Position numbers and translations under genes: made by a program. From Octopus sinensis (taxonomy: Eukaryota), in contig NC_043017.1 of the NCBI RefSeq assembly GCF_006345805.1, positions 10,540,001 to 10,604,000 of the forward strand: DNA of 64,000 bases, read 5' to 3'. The notes under the pieces are model-generated. The model had not been told where the DNA came from, did no database searches, and saw nothing but the letters and a program-made list of their open reading frames with translations. Of the stretch, positions 40,029 to 51,383 are shown piece after piece. Positions within the stretch are counted from its first letter, which is position 1. Every line of letters starts with the position of its first letter.

Positions 40029-40170
40029 GTGATGAATATTAATTTTTCACATGTAAAACTACTTTATTAAATTAAAATAAAATTAATTTGCAACAAATAT
40101 ATCATGTGATTCTTGTAACATTTAATATCATCATCATCATCAACATTTAATGTCCGTGTTTTAATATCCA

Positions 40171-40401
40171 CATCCAATCGTGGCCGTTTGCCAGACGAGT
40201 CTGGCACCTGTGCTGGTGGCATGTAAAAAGCACCCACTACACTCATGGAGTGGTTGGCATTAGGAAGGGCATCCAGCCGTAGAAACATTACCAGATCAGA
40301 CTGGGCCTGGTGCAGCCTTCTGGCTTCCCAGACCCCAGTTGAACCGTCCAACCCATGCTAGCATGGAAAGCGGACGCTAAACGATGATGATGATGATGAT
40401 G
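40171..40401 (+). mobile_element. Family B element
   Basis: (GAT)n tail at 40382-40401. Confidence 0.9.
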
Positions 40402-40604
40402 TTTCATGCGAGCATGAATTTGACAGTTTGACAGGATGTGATGTGATCAAGCACTGCATCCTGCTCTAACGTCTGTTTCGGCCTGGTTTCTACTGCTGGA
40501 TGCCCTTCCAAATCCCGACCACTTTATGCATATGTAACCTTTATGTGTATGTAACCTTTATATGTATGTAACCTTTATATGTATGTATCATTTTTACTTT
40601 GCAG

Positions 40605-40852
40605 ACGTTGGAGGTGTGGAAAGCAGGCAACTCCTTGAAGACTGCCAGGAGAAAATCAACACTGCCTTGATGGAATACTGTACTAGTGTTTATCCCAATA
40701 TGAAGGACAAGTTTGGCCAGGTTTTGTTACGCCTGCCAGAGATTCGCATGATAAGCATGCACGGCGAGGAGTTTTTGTATATCAAACACTTAAACGGAGA
40801 GCTCCCCGAGCAGACTCTCCTCACAGAGATGTTGCATTCCAAACGAAGGTGA
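40605..40852 (+). CDS. ftz-f1: FTZ-F1/NR5A terminal coding exon (helices 9-12, AF-2)
   Basis: TTGCAG acceptor ending at 40604; (D)VGGVESRQLLEDCQEKINTALMEY...KFGQVLLRLPEIRMISMHGEEFLYIKHLNGELPEQTLLTEMLHSKRR*. Exon lengths from ATG 16916 sum to 1500 nt (499 aa plus stop). Confidence 0.97.
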
Positions 40853-41429
40853 GACACTGCCTGCCTTAGGCTCCATCCAGTCGGTGTAGATTCTTGGGAT
40901 TTTTGTGTGTGTGTTGGTAGGGGGAGGGGGTTTGGGTTGGGATGGGAGACGTTAGGGGAAAAAAGCTGGGTTGGTTCGGGAAATGGGAAGGGTGGGTGGG
41001 TGGAGTTTTTGGGGAGCGAGATGTTGGGGTAGGGTAGGGGTGCTGTGAAGTTAATGCCGGAAATGACGAAGTGCAGTGCATTGCGACAAAAAAAAGACCT
41101 TGAAAACAAAAAAGAAAAAAGAAACTAGCTGCGGCTTTTTTTTTTTTTTGGAAATTATATTTTATTTTATTTTTTTTTGTTATTGGCATTTTTCTTCAGC
41201 ATCCAGCATCGTTTTTTTTTTTTTTTTTTTGTTTTAAACATCGTGATTATTATTGTTATGATGATGATGATGATGGAAGATGCCGCCATGGGAAGTACAC
41301 ACTGTAAAAAAGAAGAAAAAACACCCTGTTGTTTTGTTGTTTATTTTTGTTTTGTTTTGTTTTGTTAACTTTTTTTGGTTCCCAATATATATATATACAC
41401 TATATATATACTATATATATATATATATA

Positions 41430-41441
41430 TATGCTATATAT

Positions 41442-41476
<35 letters not shown>

Positions 41477-41698
41477 TAAAAAAAGACTAGCTGAGTTCTT
41501 GTGGTGAGGTCTGTCTGTCTGTCTGTCTCTCTGTTTGTCTGCCTGCCTGCCTGTCTGTCTGGTGTTTTTTTTTTTGTTTTTTTTTTTTTTCAAATCGACA
41601 AAAGTACAGAACTGGACTGAAAGAGAAAGAACACTGTGAAATGAAATGAAATCAAATCTGATAACGAAGGAGTTTTAGGGTTTATTAATCACTACCAT

Positions 41699-41758
<60 letters not shown>

Positions 41759-42045
41759 GTTGTTATTGTTATTATTTTGTATGTATATATATGTACATAT
41801 ACCTATATATATATATTTTCTGTTTTATATATATATATATTTATATATATATGTATACACACACACATACATACATACACATGCATGTATATATACACAT
41901 ATAATTTAATTTTTATGTTATATAATGTGTGTATGTATGTATGTATATATATACATTTTTATGTTATATTGTGTGTATATATATAAAATTTTATATATGC
42001 TATATATTTATGCATATGGCTTTTATATATATATATATATATATG

Positions 42046-42081
<36 letters not shown>

Positions 42082-42306
42082 AAGACTAGCTGAGTTCTTG
42101 TGGTGAGGTCTGTCTCTCTGTTTGTCTGCCTGCCTGCCTGTCTGTCTGGTGTTTTTTTTTTTGTTTTTTTTTTTTTCAAATCGACAAAAGTACAGAACTG
42201 GACTGAAAGAGAAAGAACACTGTGAAATGAAATGAAATCAAATCTGATAACGAAGGAGTTTTAGGGTTTATTAATCACTACCATTATATTATTATTATTA
42301 TTATTA

Positions 42307-42337
<31 letters not shown>

Positions 42338-42620
42338 GTTGTTATTGTTATTATTTTGTATGTATATATATGTACATATACCTATATATATATATTTTCT
42401 GTTTTATATATATATATATTTATATATATATGTATACACACACACATACATACATACACATGCATGTATATATACACATATAATTTAATTTTTATGTTAT
42501 ATAATGTGTGTATGTATGTATGTATATATATACATTTTTATGTTATATTGTGTGTATATATATAAAATTTTATATATGCTATATATTTATGCATATGGCT
42601 TTTATATATATATATATATA
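41430..42620. repeat. Tandem duplication, unit about 580-600 bp, bounded by (TA)n
   Basis: GACTAGCTGAGTTCTTGTGG at 41485 and 42084; identical ORFs at 41777 and 42356. Confidence 0.95.
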
Positions 42621-42730
42621 TATACATTCTATATATGGATGTATAAATGTATGCATATGGCTTTTATATATATATATACATATATATACATATTCTATAT
42701 ATGTATGTATAAATGTATGCATATGGCCTT

Positions 42731-42761
<31 letters not shown>

Positions 42762-43044
42762 ATAGATATATTATATGCTATATGTATATGCTATGTATAT
42801 ATACCACATTTATGTATAATATTTGTTTTGTGAAATATTTTCTGTTTTTTATAAACCTCAAACTCTGGAGATAATTTTGTTGTTTCTTTTGTTTTTTTTT
42901 GTTTTTGTTACTTTCATTTTTTTTTTGCTTAAATTGTTCCTTTTCATTTTCTTTTTTCTTTTTTTTGTTGGCTATTGACAGTGATTTTAAAATTTTAGAA
43001 GAGGAAAGAGGCAGAAGGGGAAGTGTGGTGATTCTTTTGTTTTT

Positions 43045-43097
<53 letters not shown>

Positions 43098-43099
<2 letters not shown>

Positions 43100-43935
43100 G
43101 GCAGTGAGCTGGGAGAATCATTAGCATGCTGGACGAAATGCTTAGTGGTACTTCGCCTGGCGCTATGTTCTGAGTTCAAATTCTGCTGAGGTTGCCTTTG
43201 CCTTTCATCCTTTCAGGGTCGCTAAAAATAAGTACCAGTTGAACACTGGGATCACTGTAATCGATTCTTCCCCTCCCCTAAAATGGTTGCCCTTGTGGCA
43301 AAAATTTGAAACCATTATTATTATTATCATTATCATTATTATTATTTTGTCAGAAGGCAATGAGCTGGCAGAATGATTGTCACACGGGGGGCACAATGCT
43401 TTGCAGCTTTTATCGTTTGCCTTTTACATTCTGATTTCGAATTCCGTGGAGGTTGACTTTGCCTTTCATCATTTAAGGACCGATTAAAAATGAGTACCAG
43501 TTGTGTTCTGGGGTTGATGTAATCGACTTGCCCCCTCCCCTAAAAGTGCTGACCTTCTGACAAAATTTGAAATCATCATTATTCACTAGTATTATTATTA
43601 TTATATTATTATTATTTATTATTATTAAGGTGTCAGCTGGCAGAATCGTTAGCACAGAATTGCTACCCTTGTGGCAAAATTTGAAACCATTATTATTATT
43701 ATTATTATTATTAAGGCAGCAAGCTGACAGAAATGTTAGCATGCCAGGTAAAATGCTTAGCAGCGTTTTATCCATCTTTACATTCTGAATTCAAATTCCG
43801 CCAAGGTTGACCTTGCCTTTCATCCTTTTGGGGTTGATTAAATAAGTACCAGTTATGCACTGGTGTTGATGTAATCAACTTACCCACTTCCCCTAATTTC
43901 AGGCCTTGTGCCTATAGTAGAAAGGATTATTATTG
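43098..43935 (+). mobile_element. Head-to-tail array of four family C SINEs separated by (ATT)n
   Basis: Heads near 43098, 43345, 43627 (internally deleted) and 43713, each starting within the ATT tail of the previous copy. Confidence 0.85.
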
Positions 43936-46900
43936 TTGTTGTTATTATTATTATTATCATTATTATTATTATTATTATTATTTTATATGTAACTAGATCA
44001 GGAATATATCTTTAAGCAGAGAGATAGTGGTACATTGCATTTTCACTGTTCAACAAGGCATTGAAACTTTTTTTTTAAGTACTGTATTTGATGGCATAAA
44101 AGAAGCATGTGCATATTAGATGCACCCTAATTTCAACAACACATATTCAGAGGAAAAGGTTAGCTTATGAGAGATCCAGTTTTGCATATAGGACCTGGGG
44201 TGGTATTTTTGAGACATTTAGTTTTTGATTTTGTTTTTTTTTTCAGGGGTGAAGATGGGGGACAAAAAAAGATTTGCATCTTACATGCCATCAAATATAG
44301 TGATACTAATAAATGAGGATAATTGTGATGAATGTAAAAAACAAAAAAAAGAAAGTGAACTGAAGAAAAAAAACATTTTATTAATTTTATATTAAAAATA
44401 GAACAAAAAAAAACACATTGTGAAATTATTTAACATGGATAAAATTAACGAGAATGAAGAGGAACAAACGTTTATAGTAACAACAACAACATCGTCATTG
44501 TCATAACAAGATGACAGGAATATGTTGATAGTTATGAGGAGGAGGCAGAAGAGGATCAGGATGATACTGCAGGAGGAGGGATTATTGATTAAAAACTACA
44601 CAAGAGAAAGAAACAAGAAAAAAACAAAAAGAAACAGGTGATTGATTGTGTATAAAATATTCTGTGATAATTATTTTGTGCATATAAATAATATGGTTGC
44701 CATGGTGATTAGATGGACACTGGCTGCTGCTGCTGTAGATGGCTGGACACTGACTGATGAGTACGGTAAGTGGACGTTGGTGAGTGGTGACTGGTAAGGA
44801 AGGTACAGTGGTATTGCTGTGACGCTAAATCTGGAGAGGTAAAAGTATGGTTCTGGGTTGACATGGAACTTCTGCATCAATTGAGAACTATAACTCTCTT
44901 TCTCTCACATGCACACATTGTGCTGCTATTGCTCCCCCCCCCCCATACACACACACAGTGTATTGTGGGGAGGGTTGTGCCACCATTTTGCTGTTATTGA
45001 AGTAGTAGTTTCCTCCCTGTTCATCAAACCCTATGTTTTTTTCAATGAACTTTGTAAACAAAAGCCAAAAGTACTTGAAGAGTTGGGAGCTAAACATGTA
45101 TGTAATGAGTTAAAGTTACATAACTTCTGGCCAGCTTTCTTTGGAAACATATATAGTACATATTTACCTGTTTCATTCCCTACTCCCAATGATATATATA
45201 CGTGTGTGTGTGTGCGTGTGTATGTTTTGTATAAATCTTTAGTTTAGTTTCCCTAAATGTAGAATTAATTCTGTAACCAGAATAATCTAGAAGGCAGACG
45301 ATGGCTGTATTGGGTTATGTCCCCTTATGTTTTAAGTTCAAATCCCATAAAGGTTGGTTTTGACTTCCATATTTCAGGGTTTGTCATTGTTGTTTGGCTC
45401 CACGTCAGCTCTGATCCAGTCACCCTATGATAAAAGGCATTTCAGGCCTGGTTATCCTGACTATTGGATCTGTCCTTCCTTCTTTTTTTAAGGCAGTATG
45501 TTATAAGGGAAATTTGTCTGCTATTTGTAGCAAACAAGTTAACCACATAGAAGCTTTCTCATTGACTCTTTTTCATTGATTGACCCCCCCACCTCCCTCA
45601 ACATTTTAACTAGTCATATCAGTCGCAAATATTCCACCTGTTTTGTGTTCAAACTGGCCAGATCTGGCCTCTTACACCTACCCTACAATGCCGTTATAAA
45701 AATAAACACATCATTAGAATCTTGAAGCTGTGAAATAATAGCTGTCTGCTTCAAAACGATGGGAATAAATAAGCATTACATTTGATGGAGTAGGAATCTG
45801 AATGGTGAAGGGTTGAGGATGTCATGGTCGGATTGTTTGGTGCCAAAAGTTGTGCAAACTTATGTCCTTAAAGAAGGAATTCAGTGCACATGACCCTTTA
45901 AGGGGCCTCCAAGACTGGTGGAAGGGAGAGAGAGAGAGAGGAAGGTATCCTCTTCAAACAGAGGACTTGGTCCCAAATACAACAGACTGGTTACTCACCA
46001 AAGATACCCAAGGTGGTGGCATTAAACCAGTTGACAAATTATGTCTTCCACCCAAGTTGGAAGGCCATGATTGGATTTGTACTCAGAATGCAAAGAACCA
46101 GAAAAAATACCGTAAAGTATTTTCTTATCATTACCATCATCATCATCTGTTTGTCTTCCATGCTGGCATGAGTTGGACTGTTCTACAAGCTAGAGGACTC
46201 CGTTGTACTCCAGAGCCTGCTATAGCTCGGTGCCCTGCCTAACACCAACCACTTTACTGTGTGTACTGGGTGCTTTTCCTTTCTTCCTTTTGTAGCACTG
46301 GCACTTGTGACGTTTCTGAGTAACTCCTAAGGCAAAGGGAAAGAGCACTTGGCTTCCTAGGATGCGATGAAGAGGTTGGGGGATGCGATGAAGAGGTTTT
46401 ATGCCAGGTGTTGAGAGATTAAAGCATGATGGAAAGACAAGAACAAGTGACTTGCTAGAGAAGGGTTACATGGCTAATCCCCGCATTATATATGGACAGC
46501 TTGAAAGAAGACAATGATGGAAACGAGGAAGGGTCATAACTTTCTGCCAGAGGACTGAGGTGAGCTCCACTGTGCAGGATTTCTACTGCTGGACACTCTT
46601 TCTAATACCAACCACTTTGCAGAGTTTTGACCGAGTGGGGTGTGGCAGAGGGGAATAGGTGGCTTTGTGCCAGGGACAGGCATAGAAGTCCTGCTGTAGA
46701 GAAGCTACATGGCTACCTCCTGCAATATATAAGGGTGGCTGGTGATGATGAGGGGTCAGGGCTTAGAAGCAGAGGACTGCATCGTGCTCCAGTGTCTGTT
46801 TTGGCATAACTTCTATGGCTGGAGACCCTTCCTAGCATCTGCCAGATTACAGAGTGTACAGGGTGCTTTCTTTTTGTGATGCTGGCAGTAGTGAGGTCAC

Positions 46901-49592
46901 CGAGTAACTCACAAGACAAGGGAAAAGAAAAGAGACTCCTTAACTGAGTGGGGATGTAATAAAGGGGTCAGGAGACTTTATGGCTGGTGATGCGATTAAA
47001 GTATAAGAGAGAGAGGAACAGGTGTCTTGGTATAACTGAGAGACAAGACTGCTCTTTGCATTGTATGAGGATGAGTGAAAGTAACTAGTAAGAACAAAAA
47101 CTTGAGATAAAAGAAGGTGAGTGTAAGAAAGAATGCAGAAAAAGGATCAGGAAAGGTGGGGAAGGAGATAAGTTTATTCCCTAATTGAATGCTTTGGATT
47201 AGTATGTTTTTCTTTTTATCGCCTCTGAAAGGATGAAAGGCAGAGTTGACCTCAGCGGGATTTGAACTCGTGGCAGATGGAGAAAATACCATGAAGCTTT
47301 CCATCCAATGTTCTGGTGACTCTGTTTATTCTCTGCCTCTAGACCAAGAATGGACAAATTTAGTTTTTTTGAGAAGCAGGTTGCATGAGACGTGGGTCAT
47401 CATCAAGCAGCCACACTACTAAAAATACTTCAAGGTAATTTTTCATAAGGCCTGCCATTCTGAAAATCCTGCAGGGCTGCAGTTAATCCATAACTTGTTC
47501 TGACCAGCACATCTGGGGACGTTTCTATGTATGTGTAATGTCTTTTTTTCTCTCTCTCTCTCTCTCTCTCTGTATGTTTCCCTGCCTGTGTGTGCAATGG
47601 AGGTGTTTGCCTCCAGTACCAAAACAGGTTCAATGTCCAGTCTGCAATACCAAATTATCAGTATCCAGACAGCTGCCCCTGGTCATCTCATTGACTGATT
47701 GTAGTCCTTTAAATCCCAGACATAGGCAACCCTTTTCCAGAAGCAAGCCACATGAGATTTTGCTCATCATGGGCTGCACCACTTAAAAAATTCAGGGTAA
47801 TTTTTAGTTAAAGGTGCCATTCAGAAAGTCCCATAGGGCCTCAGTTTGGCCCTGACTAAATCCAGACTAAGCCATTCAAAAAAGAAAAATTCTTCTTCAC
47901 ATCTAATCCCCACTCCCCAACGAATGTTCCAAAGTCATTGTTATTTTAGCCCCAAATGAACTTTAATCAGGCAATTCTCTAGCCATGACCATCTCGTTTG
48001 TTCAGAGATATCTAGGGTTATATTATTTAAAACATCTTTTATCCTTTTTATTAGGACAGTTGGGTTTGTGGCAATTTTTTTCTTGCAGATTACAGTAATA
48101 ATGTAGACAAGGGTCTCATATTCGTTTATCTGAATCCACTAACAGCCAGTTAGCAGGAATTGGTAATTCTTGGTACAAGGTTCAATTCCTGTTAAAGACA
48201 TGAGTCGTGCCAAACTAATGGAGAACCCTTGGTCTGTTAGAAATAGCAGCTAAATCCCTCTTGAATTATACCACTTGTTTGCCTTAAAACAGGGAAGAAC
48301 TTGTTAGACAATGTAGTAGATTCCAATACCTGAACAGAGAGGATGGTCATGGCTGGAATGTCTTTGATATAGAGAAATACCTGATCAGGACTAACCTGAG
48401 ATTAAACAATGGCTGAAGAGGAAAATCCAGTTTCCATGGAAACTCAATGCTCACACACACACACACACATATGCGTCTCTCTCTCTCTCTCTTTCTCTTA
48501 CATTTTCCACTTCACAAGCAATAAAAGACCATCTTTCACTTGAGTGGACAGTTTCACTCCACTCCAGGTGACCAATTACATTCCACTCTATATAACTAGT
48601 CATCCCCTCACTCCAGACAACCAGTTACTTTCCACTATAGTTAACCAATCACCCTCCACTCAAGATAGCCACTCCAAGCTGTCTGCTATCTCTGGAAGGA
48701 GCAGTGATCAAGTGTTTCCGAAGTGACTGTTTGTAGGCCAAGTGGACAAAACAGACTCCATTCTGGATTCCAGTTGACAGATAAACTCTCAAGTGAGGTG
48801 TCACTCTGTGGGATGGTCATATAATCAAATATTTTTGATTGATTTAAAACATCATCATTGTCACCCTTTTGACCGGATCCAGGGAACCTGAGGACTGCAT
48901 CATGCCCTGCTTTGCCATGGTTGCTATAGCTGGATGTTCTTCCTGATGCTGACCACTTTACAGAGTGTACCAAATGCTTGTTTCATGTCACCAGTGCTAG
49001 TCCCACTACTAGATATGACAGTGCCCCTGCTTGTGGTCAGTAATAAGCCGCCTGAGAAAACTGTCCTTTTGAAGGGAGGCCCACTTGAGGCCACTGATTT
49101 CTCAGTCCAGCCAGATTATCTACCAGAATCAAAGTATGAGTTCTTTGTAGCTTTCTCTTGCTCCATTTCTCTTCCCAAATAATCCCAGAAGATATACAGG
49201 GGTAACACTGCTGCTTGTCCATAGACTATGCTGTTGAAATTAGGGAGGCAAAAAAATTTTAAAAAGGAAAAAGAACCTTAGAGACACAGTTCTATACTTG
49301 TTCTTAATTTTAAAAGGAATTGGTGGGGGTTCATTCCATCATGAGGTGCTGCACTGCTTGACCCTTTAGTAAGACCTTACATTACACTAAACATTGGACA
49401 TTCATTGAGACATTGAGTGACAGGGAATGCAGGACCATAACAAAATAATGAGACAAGGGGGTAGGAGAGAGGGAGAACTGAATTAAGACAGGGGCTCCCA
49501 CTACTGGGTGGCTTGTATTTTTATTCAGTAGCTTCAGTGTTTCAATTTTGGAATCATATCTTTAGATATGAAGCAGGTTTCTATGATGATGA

Positions 49593-49633
<41 letters not shown>

Positions 49634-49644
49634 TATAGATAGAT

Positions 49645-49797
49645 AGATAAGGAAATAATTTTAATCTCAAATGCAGGATAATGCTAATAATATAGCATGA
49701 ACAGGATTAACTATCCAAATTATATGGATAGATTATCCTATTGATGGTATATTTATAGCATGATCCTGCATTTGAGAATAAAATTATTTCCTTATCT
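49645..49797. other. Fold-back (MITE-like) inverted repeat
   Basis: 42-bp outer arms with 2 mismatches, an imperfect inner stem, and a CTATCCA/TGGATAG cap around a 7-nt loop. Confidence 0.85.
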
Positions 49798-49867
49798 GTA
49801 TCTTTCAAAACATCTCAGTGCTTCTAAAGAAAACTTTGTTGACTTTCAATATAAGTTTAATTTAACA

Positions 49868-51020
49868 TATATATATATATATGCATGTATGTATATATAT
49901 TGTTTTGGGAACAAAGAAAGCCCTCTACCACAGTAGAGTGCAATGGTTTATTTATTGCAGACTTAGAGGCCTGTCACTCCATTTGAGTTTACCTGGTATG
50001 TTACCAGTCCCTCATACAGGAATTGGCAAATAGACAGGGTTCTGCCGATTCCTGTGTCAGGGACTAAAACATGTCTGAGAATCTCTATGGCGACAAGCCT
50101 CTTGGTCCTCCTAAATAAACTACCTGTGTATATACATATGTAGTATGCATTGTATATAAACATGAGTATATGTCTTGGAGGAAAAAATGTGTATATAAAA
50201 TTAACAAAAACAAATATAAAAAGGGTGTATTTAAGGACCCCACCCTCTTTATCCCCCCCTATTACCCAGATGAAGAAATTGAATTTATAAATGAGAAACG
50301 GAAAATTTTTGCTTATTTTAAATAACAAATTCAATACAGAGTATATAGTTTTTATGTAAAGTCCTTATGGATCATGTGGGTCTACATGTATTTATACAAA
50401 ATATGTGTACATGTGTGTGTGTGTGTGAATGTGTGTATATATGCATATATATATATATATATGCATGTATGTATATATATTGTTTTGGGAACAAAGAAAG
50501 CCCTCTACCACAGTAGAGTGCAATGGTTTATTTATTGCAGACTTAGAGGCCTGTCACTCCATTTGAGTTTACCTGGTATGTTACCAGTCCCTCATACAGG
50601 AATTGGCAAATAGACAGGGTTCTGCCGATTCCTGTGTCAGGGACTAAAACATGTCTGAGAATCTCTATGGCGACAAGCCTCTTGGTCCTCCTAAATAAAC
50701 TACCTGTGTATATACATATGTAGTATGCATTGTATATAAACATGAGTATATGTCTTGGAGGAAAAAATGTGTATATAAAATTAACAAAAACAAATATAAA
50801 AAGGGTGTATTTAAGGACCCCACCCTCTTTATCCCCCCCATTACCCAGATGAAGAAATTGAATTTATAAATGAGAAACGGAAAATTTTTGCTTATTTTAA
50901 ATAACAAATTCAATACAGAGTATATAGTTTTTATGTAAAGTCCTTATGGATCATGTGGGTCTACATGTATTTATACAAAATATGTGTACATGTGTGTGTG
51001 TGTGTGAATGTGTGTATATA

Positions 51021-51040
<20 letters not shown>
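49868..51040. repeat. Near-identical tandem duplication, unit 580 bp, bounded by (TA)n
   Basis: ATGCATGTATGTATATATATTGTTTTGGG at 49881 and 50461; the unique parts differ by a 1-nt indel. Confidence 0.95.
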
Positions 51041-51076
<36 letters not shown>

Positions 51077-51081
<5 letters not shown>

Positions 51082-51278
51082 TAATCAAAATAAAAACATG
51101 ATGCCAAGGATTCAGCGGTACATATGTTTCGGGCTTTTATTAGACGGATTTATAACAATGCATAATGTGTGTCTATGGTCTTCTTCACATTATGCATTGT
51201 TATAAATCCGTCTAATAAAGGCCTGAAACATATGTACCGCTGAATCCTTGGCATCATGTTTTTATTTTGATTAATTTA
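51077..51278. other. Long fold-back: 93-bp arms, 16-nt loop, TA at both ends
   Basis: Arms 51077-51169 and 51186-51278 differ at only two positions. Confidence 0.95.
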
Positions 51279-51342
51279 CTCCACCACCTACACCACCAAA
51301 CGGTATATACAGGTGCTTACAATTATCAAGTACTCACCCTGA

Positions 51343-51383
<41 letters not shown>

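Noticed and set aside
44690-44770. ATG...G|GTAAGT mini-exon downstream of NR5A
   Set aside because: No compatible downstream exon or recognisable peptide.
51205-51240. Hammerhead call inside the 93-bp fold-back
   Set aside because: Core reads CTAATAA, stem II has no loop and stem I cannot form; noted only as a resemblance.
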